Shown here: positions 14,201 to 25,700 of the stretch, piece by piece
Layout: every line of letters starts with the position of its first letter
How positions within the stretch are numbered: position 1 is the first letter of the stretch
Origin: Octopus bimaculoides
Taxonomy: Eukaryota
Assembly: GCF_001194135.2 (NCBI RefSeq)
Contig: NC_068986.1
Coordinates: forward strand, 25,190,818-25,239,557
Reading direction: 5' to 3'
Length of the DNA: 48,740 nucleotides
Made by a program: the position numbers and the translations under genes
The notes under the pieces: model-generated
The model's database searches: none
Seen by the model: the letters and a program-made list of their open reading frames with translations, nothing else
What the model was told of the DNA's origin: nothing

Positions 14201-17200
14201 CTACCTATAATCAACTCGCCTCTCTTAAGAAGTTGGGTAAGGTGAGAAAATATAACCAATTTTAAAAGAGTTTGATATTTCCATAGCTTTATATAGTTGA
14301 ATCGCTGCACATCAATACAATTTATCATTGTTATGGGAAATACGAAATGCAGTTAAATATTAAATAATAAAATTACTGAATTTCATTGGATGGAGTAGAG
14401 GTGCTTGACACTTGTTATCTTACATAGTCATGAATTCAAACCTTACTTCTCTTAATTTATCAGTTAACAAGAAGTTTTTTTGTTTTTTTTTATGCACCCT
14501 TTAGTGATAAGTGTGATGACGTATAGCTGTAAAAAGATCCGCTCCCTGTATGTGCATTCTATCATCCTATTTGAGTGCTATGAATGTGTTGTTGGGAAAA
14601 GATTAGTTTTATTATTTTGATAGAATCTGTGGTGCATTTATGAATCAAAATTCATTGAACTCTTGTCTGTGTTTTTTAATCAATTTTTTATTTGGAAATA
14701 TTTTACTACACAAATTTCATTTTAGAAGAAGTTATATTTGTCTTTTAGGTGCTACCTCCATATATCAGGGTTTGGTAGAGGCTGCATCATGGAAAATGTA
14801 TCTTATTTTAGAAATCTAATTCTAGGAGGAAAATTTCATAGTCACCAAATCCCTATCCACATAGCAAGGCAGTGCCTATCAGGCACATGATAGATGCCTG
14901 TTATAAAAACAAAATTGGTGGGCAAACCAGTGGCATTCTTGTGCCTGTTGTTGAGCAAAATCACCAAACAATGGTCACCTCCACCTATTTGATGGTTTGC
15001 TGCTCTTCATTTAATTGTCCTGCAGTTCTCAAACATTGTGGTTTATGTTTTTCTCACAAAATATGCATGTCTTACATGCCAAAACAATACAGTATTTACT
15101 TCAAGATTGCCCNNNNNNNNNNTTTATTAATAGCTGGTGCAGTACAATAGTTTTCTTTTCAAACTAATGCTTGATATACTATAAATCTCTATTTCTTTAG
15201 TTAGGGACTAACTTGGTTTAATATTTTAATTGTCATTTTTGTCTCATCTTATTTACTTCGTTTTCCAGATAATCAAATGGATTTTTTTTTTCTTTTTCCT
15301 TCATAATCATAAACTTCTGAACTATAAAATTTTTGCCCCAAGTTTGGCAAATTTTACAGTCTTAATTATATTTTAAGAACCTTTTTCTTTTAGGAAGAGA
15401 TTATGGAGATAGTACCTATAAAACTGTTATTGACCGTTCCATGCTGCCAACGGCACCAAGGGCAGCACGAGGTCCCGATATTAACCTTGAAAGTATCCCA
15501 CAAACAGCCCCATTTATAGCTTATATCGGAAATCTACCATATGATATCGAGCAAGAAAAAATTGCCAAATTTTTTTCGAAGCTGAAGGTAAGAATTTTAA
15601 TATGTGATTGCATGCATGCATGCATGCTTACTATGAGATTTCTTATTTTAGATACATGTATGTTTAAATATATGAGGACAGTTTACTAAATTCCTTTCAT
15701 TTATTAGGTATCCGAAATCAGGTTGCCGCTTGACAGAGGATCTCGTGGATTTGGTTATGTTTACTTCTCGGACAGAGAATCTCTTATAGAGGCATTATCT
15801 ATGAATGACGATGTAAGTTGGGTTTGTTTTGTTTTACTTTTTTTAATATAAGTATAGGTGTGTCAGTTTTAGGAAAGTCTTATAGAAAGAAAAATGTAGT
15901 CTTGCAGCAGTTAAATGGTAAGTTACTGAAGTAAATGATGCCAGATCTGATCAAGCAGACCTACTACAAAAGACATTCTTGGAGTAACCTTTTGGTCTTT
16001 TATCCAGTTAAATTGCAGTGAGGCATCCATTATCTATTTAGTGTTGAAAAAACATTGAGAATTAAGATTATTGACATGGAAGGTGAAATAAGGAAATTTG
16101 TAAGGACAATTGCTGCTGTTTTATTGAAAGAAATAAGTAACTGTTTGGTATTTAAAAATATGGTTTTTGATCTATAAATAAGAATAATACTTGCATAAAG
16201 ATTTTGCAGCTGGATAATACTGATATATGATCAATTAAAAACTATCAAGACATGTTTTAAAAATGATTTTATACCAAGTGTGTTGGCACAAATGTATTTT
16301 GGTGTATAATCATTAATATTTTAGCTGTGGCTTAGTGGTGAGTGTGTTGGGTTCATAGTAGTAATGATGAAAGTTCAGTCGTAGACTAGGTGATATGTCT
16401 CATTGAGAAAGGTAGTTAATTCTTCCACTCTATTCTGCTGAAATGAGTAGCGGCAGTATCTATAACACACTGGTGTCCTGTCCAGAAGGTAGTTTTGTAC
16501 TCTTTGTCACATCTCAAACCAGGATACACTCTGGCCAAATGATCCAGTTGGCTCGAAATACATTGACTGACTTTTTTAACGTCAACCATTAGCCTTTTGA
16601 GAATCTTCATTTTTTGTGCCATAAATGATTTGGGAGAGTCTACTCTCAGCGTGTTGTTGACGGTGGTAAATTCTGTTGCGAAGCCCTAGATTCTAACATC
16701 TAATCTCATCACTTCTCCCTTTGTCTTCCTCTTTCATGGCGACACTTGTTTAGTTTCTCTCTAGCACCTATCCTACAATGTCATCCAAAAAATATATAAT
16801 CACATCATTGAAATCTTAAAGCTATGAGACAATGTATGATTAATTCAAAATGATGTAAATAAATGAATATATTTGACAAACGCAAAACTACTGTCAGTGT
16901 GTATATATACATATATAGTCTCATCCTGTATTGTCAGTTTGAGTATTACTGTTTTATTGATGTGATCTCTATATCTCCATAGAAAATGTTACCTAAATCT
17001 TCAGAAAGACTTTCATCTTATTTGTGTATTGTTTTCAGGTGATTCATGGAAGAAAGATTCGCATTGACTTGCCAGGAAACACAGGTAAGGAGACTGTTGT
17101 GAATTCTATAAATTTCCTTTTTGTTACAGCAGCACTTTGTGAAACACTTGAAATGTTTGTATTATTTAAAATGGCTTAGACAGAGGAGAAAGGTTAGTGC

Positions 17201-20200
17201 TCGTGATTGTCTTTTAGGCTCTCCGGGATTGGTAGAGGAAGGAAGGAAGGAAAGGAGTTATCATCAGGATATAGACCTAGCCTAATGCTTGCAACAGAAT
17301 GCTTGGATCTGATAGAGCCAGGCAGTGGCATTAAAGAAGGCAATAATTTAAGACTGCTTTCTGTTGCCTGGAACGCAATCCTTCCAGAGTACTTCAACAC
17401 TCTTTCCATCTATTAAATTTTACTCAAACTTTGGTCAACCCTAGATTATGTTAGAAGATACTCATTCAAGGTGCTACTGAGTTGGATTGAACTTAAAACC
17501 ATGTTCTTGCAAAGGGAATGTCTTAACCACACAGCCATACCGACACTCTTGTTACACATATGGTAGAAAAAACACCACAGTACAATCTTGGTTAAAACCT
17601 ACAAATAATTGTTTTCTGATATCTACTTCATCATCATCATCATCATCATCGTTAAACATCCGCTTTCCATGCTAGCATGGGTTGGACGATTTGACTGAGG
17701 ACTGGTGAAACCGGATGGCAACACCAGGCTCCAATCTTGTATATATGATTTCAAATTCAAGCTCTGTGTTCAGATCAGTATATGCACATTATCAAATTCT
17801 TCTGTGGAAGGATTATTATTTTCATTATTTAGCCCTTCTGATTCTAAACTGCCTGAAACCAGCCAATAATTTCAGTGGCGAATGTTACCAACCTGGATGA
17901 AAATGGGCCACATTAGTACATTCATGAAAACATATGGTTTCATCCACCATTATTGTACATGATATGTGAGTGCTGTGGATTTTTGGAGATTTTTTTGCTC
18001 TTCAGTTTTCTGAAATGTTTCACTGAAGATGAAAACTGGACACCAGTTTCATGTTGTCGAGCAACAAGTTTGAATTCAAAGTATTTTCAAATGAAAAGAA
18101 AAATCTAAGAAAATATACAACAGACATAAAAACCACATGAGTGATTATGAATCTATATTTCTTTTTCTGAAAGTGAAACAATTCTCACAAGTTCTGATAG
18201 CAATAAACAAAAAAATGATTTTGTACCTGAATATAGTAAAAATTTAAAACTGTTTTTCTTAGTAATTTTCAGGAAGATATTAGACCTAGCTACAATCTTG
18301 CCAAAGAAATGAAGAAAAAAAAAGATTTTTTTTTTTAATTAGTCTCTGAGGAAATAAATTGTTATGCTGAACATAAACAAAGAGGGAAAAAATGATGTTT
18401 TGAGTTTCTCACTTGGAAAGCTAGAAATCCAAGCATTTTTAGGAATATTGTGTGTGTGTGGAGAGAGGGTTATAAATAATTTTTTTCGAATCTACCTTGT
18501 TTTTATTTTTTTAACTTATTTGCAAAATACATGATAAAGTTTGATTAATTTGGTGAATCATTATTATGTGTTTCTGTGTATATGAGAGAGGTTATTTCAT
18601 TTAGTTGATGGCTTACATTTCATTTCCTAGTTTTCTTCAAAGACAAATTTCATTATTCCATTATGTCAAGTTCAAGTGATAACTAATTCAGTAATTTACA
18701 CCATTCTTCTCTGTTATTAAAATTTTGTTATATACTCATTGAATATTAGCTAATAACTCATTTTCTATGCTGCTGTTTAAACAAAATCTAAATAAGTCAA
18801 TATTTTGATGAATTTACCTGTAATTAGAATCGCTTTGCAACAAATGTTATGAAATGGATGTAAATCTGTGATATATTTTAGAATTTAATTGAAACACATA
18901 AGGGGTGTATTTTGGTTAGAAATATAGTAATGAAAGGGTTAATATTCTACATGGTGTGTGTGGTGCTGGAATTATAATTGCCATGCTTGAAGACATGGCA
19001 CTGTTTCCATAAGATCTAAGCTTTTTTATTATTAACCCTATTTTCTTTGTTGAATTTTTAGAGTTTGAATTGATATGTTTGTGTTCTTTATTTTAAGATC
19101 GTGATGACAGACGAGGTGGGCATGACCACTTTGATCGAACGGATTGTGACTGGAGACGTCCTAGAGGTTAGTTTCAATAGATTTGCACTTTCAACCAATT
19201 TCAAACAGTTTTATGGAATGTAGCATAAAATTCTGGTCATTTTAATTAAAATCCTGCAACAATTTTATCCCAACCATTTGGATAGACTGAAAGAAAAAGA
19301 AAAATTATAGAATTATAAGCTATTTACTACATTCATCTCACTATTCCATGCTTGTCTGAATCAGACAGAATTTGTTGAGACTGATATTATGCTGCCAGAT
19401 GCTCTTCCTGTCATTAGTCCTCATTGGTTTCCAAGTAAAGTAATATTTCCACATTGCCAGACATGTTTTTCACGGAAGACTGCAAGCAAACAATGTTACT
19501 TGTATGCTGGTGATGCTTGTTTACACCACGATGCCAAGACAAGGGTACACACACATGTGTATGTATGTGGTCTTGTTTTAGTTTCTGGCTACCAAATCCA
19601 CTCGCAAGACCTTGGGTAAAAGACACTTGCCCAAAGTGCCATATGGTGGGACTGAAGCCAAGACTACATGGTTGGGAAGCAAGCTTTTTATCTACACAAC
19701 CACAATGTTAACATCTTAGTTTTTACTGTTTAATTTTAATTATAAATTTTCACTGCTGTCTATTATTTACAAGTAATTGTCATTTTAAATGCATCCCTAT
19801 CTTTTTCTCTCCCCATTTCTCCAAACATCATTAACCTTTTTTGATACAAACTTCCTGTTATGATAATCCAAATTAAAACCGTTCAAAATCTTAGGTTAAT
19901 TTGTGCCAAACACCAGCTTATTGTTAAAATTTATTTAACCAAAACCTCCATTCTTTTCAAAAATAATTTCAGTGAAAGTAGGTATCTCCATTGTTGTTTG
20001 TGTGTATTTTTCTAGTGATGTGGAGAAGTTTAGGGTTATCTTCTACCATTACCAAAATAGCTAGTTGGTGCTTGCATGTGCAGAAGCAACTCTCATCAAG
20101 TTATCTTTCGTTTCTGTATTTCAGATGATGATGAAGGTGGTGGTAGAGGTTTTGATAGAGACAATTATGGTGATAGGGATCGATTTGGAGACAGAGACAG

Positions 20201-22717
20201 GGATCGTGGAGGATTTAGTAACGCTGCTCCCGAAACTGGCCGCTGGGAAAGATCAGGTCCAACAGAAAGGAGTGACCGGAACGATCGATATTCTGCTGCA
20301 CCTTCTGATACATGGGATCGAGGAGTGACAATTGATAAGCCTAATAATGATCGATGGGGTGATCGTGATAGAGGATTTGATCGCGAAAGAGGAGGAGGAG
20401 GAGGATTTGATCGCGAAAGAGGAGGAGGAGGAGGAGGATTTGACCGCGAAAGAGGAGGAGGAGGAGGAGGAGGAGGATTTGACCGCGAAAGAGGAGGAGG
20501 ATTTGAGCGCTATGGAGATCGTGGATATGACCGGGGTTACGGTAATAATCGTTACCGTGAGGATAAAGGTGAGAATTGTTCTAATTTATTCTGTTTTCCA
20601 TGGGTAAAATCTTGAATTATTCTATTTGAATAAATGCCTGTTTAAATTGAACAAACACTGCTCATTCAATTTTTTAGAAAGTTATGGTCTGAGTCGGCGT
20701 GTTTTGTTCTTTTTTAAATTTCCTTATTGTATAAATTTTTATCATAAAATATGTGCTCTCTCATAAATCCTTTAGGAAGTAATAATTAATTTTTTATCAT
20801 TTAAACTGGCCTTATCAGGCCCAAATATTCTACATGTTTTATGTTCAAACCGCTCACAGCCTCTTACACCTACCATACAATTATATTAGTGAAATCATGA
20901 AACTACAAAAATAATGCATGATTGATTCCAACAAAGTACAATAAATAAGTATTATACTTTAAATGCTAAAGGGTTAAAGCAGATTGCATTCTATGTCATA
21001 GTATTTATTATTTTTACTTTCTGTTTGAAAACGGAATAATTCTCATTAAATTGTTTCTAGTTTTAAACTAATACAACATTTGTTAAACTTGTCCCTTTTG
21101 TGTTGTCTTTTCATGCTCATTACCTTCTTAATATACCCCATTCAGTTGTGAGTTCTTTTGTGGGTACTTGGGACCTTACCAGTACTGATGCCATGAAAAA
21201 GGGCACCTGAAGTAGTTGGCATTTGGAAAGGCAACTATTTATAGAAACCATACCAAAGCAGACATTAGAACTTAATACTTACCTCTGGCTTGTCTTTTCA
21301 TGTCGAACCATCCAACCCATGCCAGCCTGGGAAAATTTGGGACATTACATGATTTTATATATCTGACCTAGATTGGAAGCAAGGCCTGGAGTCTAAGGGC
21401 TTTAGAGTTAATTTAGCAAAAACCAAAGTCCTAGTAGGTGTGAAAACAGACAAGTCACAAGTCCCTTCTGGGAGATGGCTCTGCTCGATATGTAAGAAGA
21501 GTGTTAGTAGAAAATCCATGTTGTGCCCTGTGCAAACTTTGGACACATAAGAGGTGTAGTGGTATCACACAGGAAGGTTAATGGAGTATATAGTCGCCCT
21601 CAGATGCTCAGGTGATGGTTAGAAGTAGTAGATGCTTCTGTTGCCTAGGAGACCAAGTTAGCTGAGGTGGAGGAAGTTCTGAAAGTGTAGTTTACTTTCA
21701 ACTATACCCATTTTGGTTCACCACATGATGATTGGATCAATTTAATCTGACTTGGATCGCCCAAATCTTTAATGTGATGTAAAGAAAAAAGTTATATAAC
21801 ATAAAACAGTTACAAGTTCAGAGAAGAGGGTTGTAGAGTCAGTAAAATGGAATAGGAACAATCGTGTTGAAAGGCAGAGGGGTTTAGAACAAGTATTTTA
21901 AAAAATATTTATTCATAGGCGTAGGAGTGGCTGTGTGGTAAGTAGCTTGCTTACGAACCACATGGTTCCGGGTTCAGTCCCACTGCGTGGCACATTGGGA
22001 AAGTGTCTTCTACTATAACCTCAGGTCGACCAAAGCCTTGTGAGTGGATTTGGTAGACGGAAACTGAAAGAAGCCCGCTGTATATATGTTTGTGTCTGTG
22101 TTTGTCCCCCAACATTGCTTGACAACTGATGGTGGTGTGTTTACGTCCCCGTAACTTAGCAGTTCGGCAAAAGAGACTGATAGAATAAGTACTAGGCTTC
22201 CAAAGAATAAGTCCTGGGGTCGATTTGCTCAACTAAAAAGGTGGTGCTCCAGCATGGCCACAGTCAATGACTGAAACAAGTAAAAGAGAGTAAGCAACAC
22301 ATGGAGAAAGAGGAGTTAATTGGGGGAAAGAAAAAGAATTCTATAAAAGTTAATTTACACGGGTTGAGAGAAAGTATTGATGAAATCCATTTGAGGTTTA
22401 ATAATCAGTTTGAGATGAAAGCACATGTTGCATGGCGGAGGTTTTGTGGAGAGAGAGTGTAATGGAGTAAGAGAACAAAGTTGGGGAGATAATTAAGTGT
22501 TAACATACACTTGCATGTTAGTGTGTGTGTGTATATATATATGTAATCACAGCATGAAAATCAAAAGAAGATGGCTGTTGAACTCCCTCCTTCACCAAAA
22601 GTCAATTGTATAAGAATGACCGTTGACAAAATGATAACACTGGCAGTGCCCCAGCATTGCCACAGCCTTTGGGCTAAAACGTATAAAAGAATCTCTCTCT
22701 CTTCCACGCTGCAATTG

Positions 22718-22753
<36 letters not shown>

Positions 22754-25700
22754 ACATATAAAAGTAATACATTTTATCTCCCCACTGATACACCTATGCA
22801 GAAAAATATTTAAGACCGTTTTCTTGGGTATCATTTTTTGTCGCTGATCTGTGTATTATGTTGTGTGTGTTTTTGTGCACATTTAAGGGAACCACTTAGA
22901 TAGTGCATGTACATAGGCAAGAATGTGTCTTTGTTTACGTCTTCAGTCTTCAAGATATCCCATTCGGCAGTGTCATTGGATTTTACAAATGTTGATTAAT
23001 AAGTGAATATATTTCCAGCAGCTAAATTTAGGTTTCATTGCTTGTGTTTCCAATAAATCTATGCCAACAGACAGCACTGCATACACATATACTACCATGG
23101 TTTTCCTGCACTTGAGCTTCCAATAAATTGATACAACACTACCTAAGGCCCTTCACATATGAAAAACGTGGGTGGTCATGACTACAATATCTTCCCTCAG
23201 AAATCTGTTCCATTATGGTTGTCCTGAGGTTAAACTACAAGACTAGCAACACATTAAATAATCACACACCAATAATCATTCAACCTGCTAGAAATAGCAT
23301 CCCTATCTTCCTCAAATCACACTCTACCATCTTAAAAATGACATGTAGGAGAGTATGGTTCTGGTCAGTCGACTCAGAAATAGTAGCCACATCTTACTCA
23401 AAACATTGCCAACCTTATTGTATGTTTGTATGGCAGGTACACCTACTAGAAATTGCGAACATACTACCTTCAAATTGCAACACACTGTCTCAGTTAAACT
23501 CCCACAAAAATAAGAATACATACACAACACATATATATACACACACGCACAACACATACATACACAACACACACTCATTCAATTTCGTAATGACTCAGCA
23601 TGCTAGAAACAGCAACCAAAACCTCTTTCAAATCACCATTTTAAAATGTACCTGTTGGATATTGTAGTCCTACCTCTTCAAGCTTCATTGTCATATTGGC
23701 TGGTGTCTATGTTCACTCGACCAGTTAAAAATAGGAGCCCCTTCTTAATCAAATCACAGCCTACTGTCTTGTATATGTTTACTTAGTGGTTACACTTGCT
23801 GTCATAGTAAAGGACACATTTGGAAATCTGGTTTTGGGTTCCTTGCACATATAAAAACAAGGTATAGTCTCGGTTGGAACACGCTTCTTTGTGGGTCTGC
23901 TTGATTGCGACTAAACTGCAACGACAAAACCTTCACAAGAAGAAAGCATGTATGCAGATAGCACTAAAAGCATATATATCATTCTGAGTTCTTGTACCAT
24001 CTGTAAATCTTTTACTCATGTTTTCTATTTATTGTGTTGATAAATGTGTCTTATTCATATATATACAATAGAAATATATTCCCTTACCAGTCACCACGTA
24101 TAAAGTAACAATATCACTACACAATTTGGTATCTTTTGTAGCTAGCTTGTTCATGCTAATCTGTTGGTGGGGGTGGGGACTGTTCTCTTTTCTTTCCCTA
24201 CTTGGCACTCCATCATCATATGTCTGAAAAAAAGTAAAATTTATTTCAATTTTAAAAATGATGAACAAAAGTTGTAGACGAAGAGTCAGGGGGAAAAAAA
24301 ACCCATAAAACATTACAATAAAAACATTTTTCACTTTAATTCACATATTATTGGAAAGGATTAAAATAAATGGTACATATCAATGCTGGTCTCTAGTTGA
24401 GTAGAGAAGTAATACAATAGATCTATTGAGCACTTTTCGTCTTGTTAGTAAATTCAGATGTCAACAGTCTCACACACTGACACATATGTATACACACACA
24501 TGCATTTAACATCCATTTTCCATGCTGGCATGGGTTGCATGATTTTGACTGGAGTTGGCCAGCTGGAAGGGCTGCACTAGACTCCAATTGTCTGTTTTGG
24601 CATGGTTTCTATAGCTGGATGCCTTCCTTAATGCTAACCACTTCACAGAGTGTATGGGTGCTTTTTACGTGATACACATGTATACATTATGTATAATCAC
24701 ATTGTCGTCACTCATGAATACAACTTGGTGGCAAGTACTGTGCTTTTACTAATTGTTTTAAGTGCCCATGTTTGTCACAGGCAGGCCTAAGCGCCCTGTG
24801 GGTACTTCCACCCACAAATCAGTGGAACATCCAGGATATGACAGTTTGAGAGCAAGAGGACTAAAGCATCATGAATTAGAAAAGTGTCTTGCTCAACCAC
24901 ACAATGTACTGCTCAGTCTGAGAAATAAACACAATCTTAAGATCATACAAAGTGTTGTCAGAAATTCCCAGACTAGTTATGTTTAATTAAAAAAAAAATG
25001 GTTTATTTACCAAAGTTTTTAACATCATCTCTTTCGGAATAGTCACCTTGTGCACTCTCTGAGTGGTTGGCGTTAGGAAGGGCATCCAGCTGTAGAAACT
25101 CTGCCAAATCAGACTGGAGCCTGGTGTTGCCATCCGGTTTCACCAGTCCTCAGTCAAATCGTCCAACCCATGCTAGCATGGAAAGCGGACGTTAAACGAT
25201 GATGATGATGATGATGATGCAACAATACACTGATCCCAGCATTCCTGCCACTTTTGGAACTTGGCCTGGAAATCATTTTCTATAAGCAAGTCGAGGACCT
25301 TCTGTGATTTGCTCTTCATTTTGACAGCAGTGTTAAAATGGCGACCTCTGTGCTGCATTTTAATCTTAGGGAAGAGTTGTAAGTTCACAGATGCTAAGTT
25401 TGGTGAGTGTGAAAGCGATACCATCTGTCCTCCCTCAAACACTTCAAAACATCATTGATTGTCCTCCAATGATCCTCATGCACAAGCTGATGAATTTTCT
25501 CCACATTTTTGGGAGTGACACTTGTAGCAGGTCTTCTAAGGATGTTCTTCTGCTTTTGAAGCACCTGTCACTCAAAACATTGCATACAACCCATTGCCTC
25601 ATCGCCATAAGTTTGCTGAAGCATGTTCAATGTCTCTGTAGCAGACTTCCCAGCTTCAACCCAAAATTTCACATTGGCTCTTTGTTCCAACTCAATTGTC

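Noticed and set aside
20332-20607. Poly-Glu ORF overlapping exon 7
   Set aside because: It is the alternative frame of the (GGA)n tract in eIF4B; nothing suggests independent coding.
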